Positions 42,534 to 49,764 of a stretch of DNA of 64,000 nt are shown piece by piece. Both the position numbers and the translations under genes were made by a program. Source of the DNA: a virus; IMG/VR virus record IMGVR_UViG_3300016665_000872, positions 1 through 64,000 of that record; one strand, 5' to 3'. The stretch's first letter is position 1, and each line of letters starts with the position of its first letter. The notes under the pieces were generated by a model. It had not been told where the DNA came from and did not search any database. It was given only the letters and a program-made list of their open reading frames with translations.

Positions 42534-45500
42534 CTTGTGTTATCCTAGGGGTTCTTTATCCCCTAGTTCTCGCAGTTTCCCATCCTGCGAGGTCAGACTA
42601 TCTCATCTACTTAACCATTTATGCAAGGCGTCAAGCTTGACATTCCCGAGTCAGTAGTTAGGGAGCTGGCCGCTGAATGGTCCGATACTCGAGCCGCTAA
42701 GCAGCTGGGTATTGCCACCTCCAGCTTCTTCCTTCTCAGGAAGCGATACGGAATTCCCTCCTTTACGGAAAGCACCGGATGCCGGCGCTCCCTCCAAGAG
42801 GGAGCTCTGCTGAATCCTGGAGAAGGTTCAGCGCATCCCTGGCACAAAGGGATCAAGGTTGACTGTTTCGAGACGATCGACACGCCAGGCAAGGCGTACT
42901 ACTTCGGATTGCTGGCCGCCGACGGACATACGTCCCTCAGGCCCAATGCGAAGTTCGTCTCAATCGAGCTGCAAATGCCTGACGCGGAGGTCCTTGATGG
43001 ACTCGCGCGCCTGATCAATTGCCAGGGGAAGATTGCCGAGCTCAAGCGAGCAGGCAAGCGTCCCTCCAGGCGACTCCTGGTCCACAGTCGCCTGTTGACC
43101 GAATCGCTCATCCGGCAGGGGATCACACTGAATACTGAGCAACATTCCTTGCCAGCATCAATTCCAACAGCTCTTAGGGGGCACTGCCTGCGAGGACTGC
43201 TTGACGGTGATGGTCACATCAGTGCCAAGAAAAAGTCCTTGTACTTATGCAGCTGCTCATCCAGCATCATCCAGACGGTCTCTGGATGGGTGCAGGCTGA
43301 ATTCGGGCTGAGCCCAGCAGTGCGGTGCAGGGTGCTTCCATCCGGCAAGCCTTTTTTCACGATGACGTTCGGCGGGGGGCCGCGTGAAGTCCTGAAATGG
43401 ACCTACGGCGCTCCCGGGCCAGTGATTGCCAGGAAGAAGGCTGAAGCCGATGCTTGGATTGCAATGGTTGAGTAGCAGGGCACTCGTGGGTCCATTACTG
43501 AGTTTCCTCTCGGGACCTAGTCGTTGAACCTTCCAGGCTGTGACCTGGCTTGGCTGCTGATTCCCCGTTCAATGGAGGGGTTCCAGCAATTCACCCTGTT
43601 TGCTGTACGACTCACGCCGTACAGGCCCAATGGTTCTTAGGCATCACAGGCTGACCTGCCACAAAACCGGCCTGGCCGTAAGCAGGACCCATGCCGCGGA
43701 AGAAGTTGGCATTAGGAGCCAGCTCCGGCTGCATGGGATTCACCATGCCGTTACCGGCATAGCGAGCAATCTCACGGAAGGCGTCGTTCTGACGCAGGTG
43801 CATCATTGCGGTGGGGTCCGCAATACAGCGGTAGTACCCATCAGCGAAGGTGGGCACGTTGCGCTTACGCATGTCCTTGACCACCTCGAGGAGGTCGGTC
43901 TTGACATCAAACTTGGCAGATTCGCCAGTTGCGTAGGTCAGGAAGGGGGCAGAACCAGCCTTGGTTTTATCCAGAGGGTAGTAATAGCCACCTTGGGTGC
44001 TGTCGGCGCGGCCATTAGCCTCTGCCTTGAACAGCTCATCTGCGAAGACACGATCCCGCCAGCGGCGGTAGTCCGTATGTACTACTCAGGTTTCCCTGGA
44101 GACTGACTATCTTTTCACCCTTCGAGCCGAGTCGAGTGGGGTGCAGGGCGCTCTTGCCTGTTATTAAGGGGGCTAAACCCCTCAGGTAGTCGATGCACCT
44201 TCCAGCAATGTATTGCTGGCTTGGCTCAGGATTGCCATAGGCTGCCACAATGCCCTTAGGTTTCCCTGAATTCACCCTGTTTTCACTGAGCAATTACTCA
44301 CTCAGGCGACAACTGTCTTATCGAGCAGAGTCAGACTTCCGATCGATTGATGGAAGACATTGAGATTACCGGTATCCAGCAAAAGACGCTGGGCGGTAAG
44401 TAGAGTTTCCCTCAATTATGTTATCCCAGGGGCTCTTTATCCCCTGGTTCTGCAGCTTTACCATCGCTGCAGTTCAGACTATCTCATCACCCGCAATGGG
44501 GTGCCTCGCGCTCGTGGGGGCCTCTCCTTGCTTGATCCGGCAGTGGGAGAGGTCGACTTTATATGCCATGCAATCTGGTACGAAAGGGCTAATTTGCGGT
44601 ATAAATTCCCGCAATGCCTTCTTATTGCACCCGAGCCTCAAGTATCCGCTCGAGCGATCTAGGCGAAATCGCACTCCAGTCAATGATTCAATCCAGGCGG
44701 CTAACAGTTTGTTCTCCTGTTCGGTGAATGCGCACTTGGCTATACAGCCTTTTGCTTCAACATAAGGATAAAGCTGCTCCTTGCCTGACTTCAGACGATG
44801 TCGAGTAAATCGTTCGCTTGAAGTGATTGAGCCATCATCACACCAGAGAATCGCGAGCTCCTGCAGGCCAAGGCCATCCAGGAATGCCTGATCAAGGCGC
44901 TTCCTTGGACGAGGTCCTGCAAGTTCATACCATCGCGTAAACCACGGCAAAAACAGTTCATGGTCGTCAACAACGTAGAGATAGCTCTCATAGCATTTCT
45001 CCTTCGTCTGACCAGATGACTGCATATATGGTCCAAGAACTCTGCGCTCTTTCCCGAGAATCTTGTTAACCCGGGTTGCCTTCCATTCCAGCCACTTGAG
45101 CTGAGCACTGCTGTGACCAATTCTTAGGTGGACGTACTTGCTTCGCTGCAAGCCGAGCCACCCATCGCCTAACAGGCATCCTCGCAGGAATGCCTGTTGC
45201 TCAAGCGGGAGTTCGTCGAGGACCATGTCTCCCCTAGTCGTTGAACCTTCCAGCGCGTTACCGCGCTGGCTTGGCTGCTGATCGCCCATTGTACGCCACG
45301 GCGTGCATTGGCGGGGTTCCAGCAGTTCACGAGGTTTTCACTGCCTGATCGCTCAGGCAGGCGCCAAGAAACTAGCGACTTTGAAAGTTGAGGGAGCAGA
45401 AGTATCGGTAGGATCTGCGGGACCTGTGTATTCGCGCAAGGTGACTAGCACCTTATCCTTAACGATACTCCGCGAAGATGCGGTGCCCAGGGTTTGATCA

Positions 45501-46022
45501 GCCGTGCGCTCACGGCTGTCTTTGGTACCCGGAGCTCCCCAGAAGCGGTACACGTTGTTATCCCATCGGCTCTTTATCCGATGGTTCTGCGGCTTTGCTA
45601 TCGCCGCAGGTCAGACTATCTCTTCAGCATCGCTGCTGTCCCGCGCTCGTGGGCCTTTACTGTCCTTTCTGGACTCCTTGGCCTAGTCGTTGCACCTTCC
45701 GGCCGTCCCCAGCCGGCTTGGCTCAGGATTCCCCATCGCCCAGTTCATCACGCTGGGCGTTAATCATTCTTCTGCCAAGTAATGGCTTTCCTTGTCAAGG
45801 TTCTCGGGTAATCCCGAATCGATGCTTAAGAGGGGTTCCCTGAGTTCACGGGATTTATTGACCGCTAACGAGCAATCAACGGTCAAGCTGTACAGTCTGG
45901 CCTGGCTGTTTGGCGAAGTCGTGTACTACGACAGGCTCAACAGCCATCTCCACGATATAACTCGGGTGCGGCCGGTACAGCTCTGCGCCTAACAGCTTCG
46001 GGAAGTCATTGTCAATCCACAT
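42238..46022 (-). CDS. major capsid protein, split gene (5 exons, 4 group I introns)
   Basis: Five open segments join into an HK97-type MCP of about 400 aa (..QPGQTVQLDR|YRFWG..VTLREYTGP.. ..FEGVRWFESTN..FFGPQAVGVGIGG..DFVTVAYSFVY). The intervening sequences carry group I P/Q/R/S elements. Confidence 0.75.
42534..43614 (-). mobile_element. group I intron 4 of the capsid gene (antisense LAGLIDADG ORF)
   Basis: P GTGAATTGCTGGAACCCC, Q AATCAGCAGCCAAGCC, R at 43516-43530 and S at 42594-42607 (+ coordinates). The + strand ORF 42621..43475 fills the R-S interval. Confidence 0.7.
42621..43475 (+). CDS. LAGLIDADG homing endonuclease (double motif, N-terminal HTH), antisense to its host intron
   Basis: Motifs YYFGLLAADGHT and CLRGLLDGDGHI, with an N-terminal HTH AAKQLGIATSSFFLLRKRYGI. 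Confidence 0.8.
   Translation: MQGVKLDIPESVVRELAAEWSDTRAAKQLGIATSSFFLLRKRYGIPSFTESTGCRRSLQEGALLNPGEGSAHPWHKGIKVDCFETIDTPGKAYYFGLLAADGHTSLRPNAKFVSIELQMPDAEVLDGLARLINCQGKIAELKRAGKRPSRRLLVHSRLLTESLIRQGITLNTEQHSLPASIPTALRGHCLRGLLDGDGHISAKKKSLYLCSCSSSIIQTVSGWVQAEFGLSPAVRCRVLPSGKPFFTMTFGGGPREVLKWTYGAPGPVIARKKAEADAWIAMVE
43615..44084 (-). CDS. major capsid protein exon 4 (borders approximate)
   Basis: ..HTDYRRWRDRVFADELFKAEANGRADSTQGGYYYPLDKTKAGS...VVKDMRKRNVPTFADGYYRCIADPTAMMHLRQND...GFVAGQPVMPKNHWA. Confidence 0.65.
44085..44304 (-). mobile_element. group I intron 3 of the capsid gene (ORF-less, about 220 nt)
   Basis: P GTGAATTCAGGGAAACC, Q AATCCTGAGCCAAGCC, R GGAAGGTGCATCGACTACC (44187-44199 on +), S GAAAAGATAGTCAGTC (44103-44116 on +). 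Confidence 0.65.
44305..44412 (-). CDS. major capsid protein exon 3 (borders approximate)
   Basis: It is the only open frame here: RETLLTAQRLLLDTGNLNVFHQSIGSLTLLDKTVVA, followed by TGA in a hairpin. Confidence 0.55.
44413..45355 (-). mobile_element. group I intron 2 of the capsid gene (sense LAGLIDADG ORF)
   Basis: It has the same core elements (R at 45233-45247, S at 44475-44488 on +). The ORF 44474..45289 lies between R and S, and its stop is inside S. Confidence 0.7.
44474..45289 (-). CDS. LAGLIDADG homing endonuclease in intron 2
   Basis: Motifs FLRGCLLGDGWL and LAILWCDDGSI. The likely start is the internal ATG 45226 (MVLDELPLEQQ), because the first 21 codons overlap intron elements Q and R. 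Confidence 0.8.
   Translation of the reverse strand: MGDQQPSQRGNALEGSTTRGDMVLDELPLEQQAFLRGCLLGDGWLGLQRSKYVHLRIGHSSAQLKWLEWKATRVNKILGKERRVLGPYMQSSGQTKEKCYESYLYVVDDHELFLPWFTRWYELAGPRPRKRLDQAFLDGLGLQELAILWCDDGSITSSERFTRHRLKSGKEQLYPYVEAKGCIAKCAFTEQENKLLAAWIESLTGVRFRLDRSSGYLRLGCNKKALREFIPQISPFVPDCMAYKVDLSHCRIKQGEAPTSARHPIAGDEIV
45356..45550 (-). CDS. major capsid protein exon 2 (3' border approximate)
   Basis: YRFWGAPGTKDSRERTADQTLGTASSRSIVKDKVLVTLREYTGPADPTDTSAPSTFKVA.. This is part of ORF-track 45353..45553. Confidence 0.6.
45551..45878 (-). mobile_element. group I intron 1 of the capsid gene (ORF-less)
   Basis: P1-like hairpin TTGACCGT/GCGGTCAA with U.G at the CGT|TGA border. P GTGAACTCAGGGAACCCC, Q AATCCTGAGCCAAGCC, R GGAAGGTGCAACGACTAGG (45682-45696 on +), S GAAGAGATAGTCTGA (45612-45625 on +). 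Confidence 0.7.
45879..46022 (-). CDS. major capsid protein exon 1
   Basis: ATG 46022 is preceded by GGAG. The sequence is MWIDNDFPKLLGAELYRPHPSYIVEMAVEPVVVHDFAKQPGQTVQLDR, and the next codon is TGA inside a hairpin. Confidence 0.65.
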
Positions 46023-46046
46023 GGGATGAAACGCTCCGAAGAGTGA

Positions 46047-46823
46047 ATGCGAGAGAGAGGGCGTGCATTACGCCCTCCAAAGCAGACTATAGTGTGGCTT
46101 TGTAGGGAAAAACTTTTGGAGCCCGCTGACGTCCGCGGGCTGCTGGCCTTACTCCTGGCTGACGGCAGCCTCGTCCCATATCGCAGTCCTGGAGGGGGTT
46201 ATGTCCAACTCACCCTCACAGCCGGACTGAACGAATCCGCTTTTCTTGAGGAAAAGGTCGCTGAATTCAGGCATTTCATCCCAACGGATGCCCAAATTGC
46301 TCACTACACGACCACCCCTCGGGCCAACGGCAAAACCACGATGGTCCTGCGGTTTCGCGTTTCGACCAACAAACTGCGGCCCATCTACAACCTCCTCTAC
46401 CCAGGCGGCGAGCGAACGATCACCCGTTCGGCGCTAGACCTCCTGGGTGGTACGGCTGCCGCGTGGATGTGGGCGGAGGGCGCCAGGCGGCAGCGGGATA
46501 ACAGCTTCCAATTGGCCCGGGTCGGCACTACATACGAAGAAGCCGAGCTCATCGGCCAGTGGCTGACGATGTTGACTGGCGCCGACTCCCGCATTGACGA
46601 GGAGCGCGTCAGGCCCCGTCTTCTTTTTTCCGCTGCCCAGGCCGCAAAGATCCAAGAAGCACTGCTTCCCTACGCACCGGTCAGCCGCAAACACCTATTC
46701 CTCTCTGAGATCTGGGATGAGCGATCCATTCGTAGTGCACGCACTCAGCTACTGCTTGGGAAAAGGGGAGATTCAGCTCAAGGGGCGGATCAAGCGCCCG
46801 TGGCTGAAGATCCAGCGACCTGA
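46047..46823 (+). CDS. LAGLIDADG-type endonuclease-like protein (second motif degenerate)
   Basis: Motifs LLALLLADGSL and AAWMWAEGAR. It is similar in layout to the intron 2 enzyme. The start may be GTG near 46093. Confidence 0.6.
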   Translation: MRERGRALRPPKQTIVWLCREKLLEPADVRGLLALLLADGSLVPYRSPGGGYVQLTLTAGLNESAFLEEKVAEFRHFIPTDAQIAHYTTTPRANGKTTMVLRFRVSTNKLRPIYNLLYPGGERTITRSALDLLGGTAAAWMWAEGARRQRDNSFQLARVGTTYEEAELIGQWLTMLTGADSRIDEERVRPRLLFSAAQAAKIQEALLPYAPVSRKHLFLSEIWDERSIRSARTQLLLGKRGDSAQGADQAPVAEDPAT

Positions 46824-47307
46824 GACCGAGCGCACCTACCTCGACCATCAGATCCGCAAGCTGCGTAAATTCCACGACGGCCCGCACGATGCGATCTGGG
46901 ACCGGATCCCGGGTCCTGGCTTTTATGACATCGAGCGGCTGCGATTCAAGGGCAGCCAGCTCTGGCACGTCTATGAGCTCCTCTACCCCCGGGATGAGTG
47001 GACCCTGACCCCAGACATCCTGCGCATGACGGGCATGACTGGCATTGCAGCCCTTTGGTGCGACTGCGGCCACTGGAAGAACGGCACGATGCGCTTCGGG
47101 GGGCGTGATCTGAATATCACCAGGGACGACTACGCGCTCCTGGCGACTCATCTCGCTGATCTTGGCTTCCACTGCCGCATTGAGAACCGCGGGCGTCTTG
47201 TTGTGGCCGTCACTATGACCCCGCTCTATCTCAGGGACTTCATTCGCAAGCTGCGGCCCCACGTCCACCGCTCGATGCATCACACCTTGGTGAAGCCACG
47301 CCGCTAA
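46594..47307 (+). CDS. LAGLIDADG-type endonuclease-like protein (motifs degenerate)
   Basis: The likely start is ATG 46717 (MSDPFVVHALSYCLGKGEI..). The second motif is IAALWCDCGHW. It overlaps the previous ORF in another frame. Confidence 0.55.
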   Translation: MTRSASGPVFFFPLPRPQRSKKHCFPTHRSAANTYSSLRSGMSDPFVVHALSYCLGKGEIQLKGRIKRPWLKIQRPETERTYLDHQIRKLRKFHDGPHDAIWDRIPGPGFYDIERLRFKGSQLWHVYELLYPRDEWTLTPDILRMTGMTGIAALWCDCGHWKNGTMRFGGRDLNITRDDYALLATHLADLGFHCRIENRGRLVVAVTMTPLYLRDFIRKLRPHVHRSMHHTLVKPRR

Positions 47308-47530
47308 CATCAAGAAGCCCCGAAGAAGAACGGCGTCAGGGGCATAATCCACCAGGAGTTCAAGTTTTTGCCGTTTCCTTGAACTGGTGAGTGAACCGCC
47401 GTGCGACTGATCACCGTGCGGCGGCGCCTGGGCCTGGTTTTCTCTAGCATGCTTGCAATCGCGGGCATTATATGCAGAGGGCGATCGATTTCTGCGATGC
47501 CGCCACGGCTATTTCACCGGGGATTGAGCC

Positions 47531-48331
47531 ATGAGCGTGCTCTCCCAGAGTGATGCCATTGAGGCCCTTCGCAGGAGCTACGGGGGCAGCGACAGCACAG
47601 CGCCATCTTTCCTGAGGCCCCAGTACGTTCGGCACAATAGTTTCAGCAAGGCTCAAGACTTCGGCCCCAGGGACAACCTCAATGCTGTCGTCAGTGGATT
47701 AGTCGGCGGCGAGGTCGGGGCTCCCACGCTGTTCTTCAAGGTGCAGCTCAACAGTCCCGCCGACGTGCGCATCGTCAAGGGCAGTATCAATCCCAGGACG
47801 GACCAGTACATCGCTGTCGGCATCACAGATGGGGACCGCCGCCCGCTTCCCCTCGATGAGCTGGGCTTCCTGTCGGCCAACGACGTCCATAACACCGAGG
47901 ACAACGAGTCCCTGGCGCGCTCGCCAGCCGGCACCTATTACTTCACGGTGAGCTCCAGCCAGTGGCAGGCGCTCCCCTTTTCTGTGGGGCTGCTGGTCAT
48001 CAGCTACAAGGAGGTCTCAGGCTTCCTCTCCGGCACCGGCGATGTCACGGGCCGCCTGGCCATGGCCAAGCTCGAGGGTGCGGCCCTGGGCTCCGACGCG
48101 ACCAGTGCTGCCATCCCTGTTCCCGCGACGATCGAGCGGCTGGATGGCGCTACTGGTGGCGCTGCTCCCCTGGCAGGTGAGTTGGCGATCTTGAGCGGTG
48201 CCATCACCGGCACCATGACGCCCTATGGCTATCTGATGCAGACCCATCGCCTCGAGGGTGCTGCCAGCGCCGCCGCGCCCGTTACCGGCACTCTCACGGT
48301 CACCACCCCGGGCGGCGGGTACGGATACTAA
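47531..48331 (+). CDS. hypothetical protein
   Basis: 266-aa ORF on the + strand within the otherwise - strand virion module. Confidence 0.6.
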   Translation: MSVLSQSDAIEALRRSYGGSDSTAPSFLRPQYVRHNSFSKAQDFGPRDNLNAVVSGLVGGEVGAPTLFFKVQLNSPADVRIVKGSINPRTDQYIAVGITDGDRRPLPLDELGFLSANDVHNTEDNESLARSPAGTYYFTVSSSQWQALPFSVGLLVISYKEVSGFLSGTGDVTGRLAMAKLEGAALGSDATSAAIPVPATIERLDGATGGAAPLAGELAILSGAITGTMTPYGYLMQTHRLEGAASAAAPVTGTLTVTTPGGGYGY

Positions 48332-48396
48332 GGCTTGCGGTCTGTCTGCACTGGCGTTCAAAATTGCCACAATAGAGAGGAAGAATTAGGCGCGAC

Positions 48397-48819
48397 ATGG
48401 CCTTCTCGCAGTACCTTGCCAGTCAAATCTTGAACTGGGTCAAGGGAACAACGTTTGCCTCGTCGCTCAGCAACGTCTTCATCTCGATCCACACGGGCGA
48501 CCCCGGCACTGCTGGCACCGCTAACGACACCACCAGCAATGTGACGGGCACCGCCAACCGTCGCTCGGTCTCCAGCGCCGCCTTCTCCTCTGTTGGCAGT
48601 GCTCCAGGCGGTGGCTTTCAGATCACCAACACCGGCACCGTGCAGCTCACCACCAGTGCGGCCAACAGCACGCCCGTGACCGTCACCCATTTCGGCATCT
48701 GGGACGCCCAGACCGGCGGCAACTTCCTGGCCTCTGGCTCCCTGACGACCAGCGTTTCCATTCAAAACGGCGACACCGTGCAGTTCAACATCGGCGCCAT
48801 GGCCGTGCGGGTGGTCTGA
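48397..48819 (+). CDS. hypothetical conserved phage protein
   Basis: MAFSQYLASQILNWVKGTTF...FISIHTGDPGTAGTANDT...VTHFGIWDAQTGGNFLASG..NGDTVQF is a pattern I recall from phage structural regions. The family name is not known to me. Confidence 0.65.
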   Translation: MAFSQYLASQILNWVKGTTFASSLSNVFISIHTGDPGTAGTANDTTSNVTGTANRRSVSSAAFSSVGSAPGGGFQITNTGTVQLTTSAANSTPVTVTHFGIWDAQTGGNFLASGSLTTSVSIQNGDTVQFNIGAMAVRVV

Positions 48820-48950
48820 TGGCGAAACCCAAGGCCAGCCCCACGGCACAGAAGCACCGCGACCCCGTCCACCACAAGACTCGCCAGGGGCAGGGACGCG
48901 GCAGTAAGCCCAGCCACGGGCGCAAACCATCTCGCGGGCAGGGGCGCTAA
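48819..48950 (+). CDS. very basic 43-aa peptide (doubtful)
   Basis: Below the ORF-track cutoff: MAKPKASPTAQKHRDPVHHKTRQGQGRGSKPSHGRKPSRGQGR. Its ATG overlaps the upstream TGA (TGATG). Confidence 0.3.
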   Translation: MAKPKASPTAQKHRDPVHHKTRQGQGRGSKPSHGRKPSRGQGR

Positions 48951-48969
48951 CCCCTGCCCCTTATGGCGA

Positions 48970-49722
48970 TCAAGCGACGGTCAGGATGCCGGCGTTGGAC
49001 GTACGGGACGGGGCGCCGCCATTCGAGCTCACGATCACCCGATAGCGATTGGCGTTCAGGCCCGTGCTGTTGCTAATCGAGAGGGTCGCTGTGGTGGCAC
49101 CGCTGTAGACGCCGCCGTTGGTGATGTTGGTGTAGCTGGTGCCGCCATTGGTCGACAGCTGCCACTGATAGCTCAGGCTGCCGCCATCGTTGGTGCTGGC
49201 CGTTACGGTGAACGTGGTCGCAGCGGGCGCTGTCACCGAGCGGTTCGGGGGCTGAGCTGAAATCGTGATCAGATCCAGGTTCAGCTCCAGCTGGTACTTC
49301 AGGGTCGAGTAATCGGTGTGCTCGACCACAACCCAGAGCCGATCGCCACTGCCAACACTGAAGGGTCCCAGTGCAGCAACCGAGCGCGAGTCAGCAGGAC
49401 GCTTGCGGCCCAGGCAGGTCACCGCAGCGCTCGGATCAGCCACGCCATTGACCTGCTGGAGCACTGCGATATTGCCGACAGCCCGGTGGGATGCATGGAA
49501 GCCGGCCTCGCTGTAGGGCCGGATGCGCACTGTATAGGCACCGGGGTCTGTGCCGTTGCCGCTGTTGTTGATTTCGTATTGATCAACCGACCCGTAAATA
49601 CCGCTCAGACGGGAATAATCGCTTTTCGTGTCACCCGACCTGGGGCCACGTAGCTGTGCCGGGCCGACGATCGCCTGCTTGCCGTCCGTGCCACGGCGAT
49701 TGATTTTGTCAATGATGGCCAT
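48970..49722 (-). CDS. Ig-like domain virion protein
   Basis: The C-terminal roughly 95 aa (ITISAQPPNRSVTAPAATTFTVTAS..LSYQWQLSTNGGTSYTNI..ATLSISNST..NRYRVIVSS) have a bacterial Ig-like pattern. Confidence 0.7.
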   Translation of the reverse strand: MAIIDKINRRGTDGKQAIVGPAQLRGPRSGDTKSDYSRLSGIYGSVDQYEINNSGNGTDPGAYTVRIRPYSEAGFHASHRAVGNIAVLQQVNGVADPSAAVTCLGRKRPADSRSVAALGPFSVGSGDRLWVVVEHTDYSTLKYQLELNLDLITISAQPPNRSVTAPAATTFTVTASTNDGGSLSYQWQLSTNGGTSYTNITNGGVYSGATTATLSISNSTGLNANRYRVIVSSNGGAPSRTSNAGILTVA

Positions 49723-49764
49723 GGACGCAAATAGCCCGCACGCAATAGGGCTAGTCTAGCCGCC

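Noticed and set aside
42539-45625. Three 69-nt direct repeats (42539-42607, 44420-44488, 45557-45625) and four roughly 90-nt repeats (near 43516, 44187, 45233, 45682), which could be mistaken for a CRISPR-like or satellite array
   Set aside because: The spacing is irregular, and the repeats correspond to the 3' and 5' core domains of paralogous group I introns with compensatory stem changes. This is not a CRISPR array.
47340-47460. 5' half of a fifth group I intron and an upstream capsid exon 0
   Set aside because: Only weak P-like similarity is present, plus a hairpin (AGTTCAAG..CTTGAACT). There is no Q or R element and no exon ending in the TGA-in-hairpin arrangement. ATG 46022 with an upstream GGAG is an adequate start.
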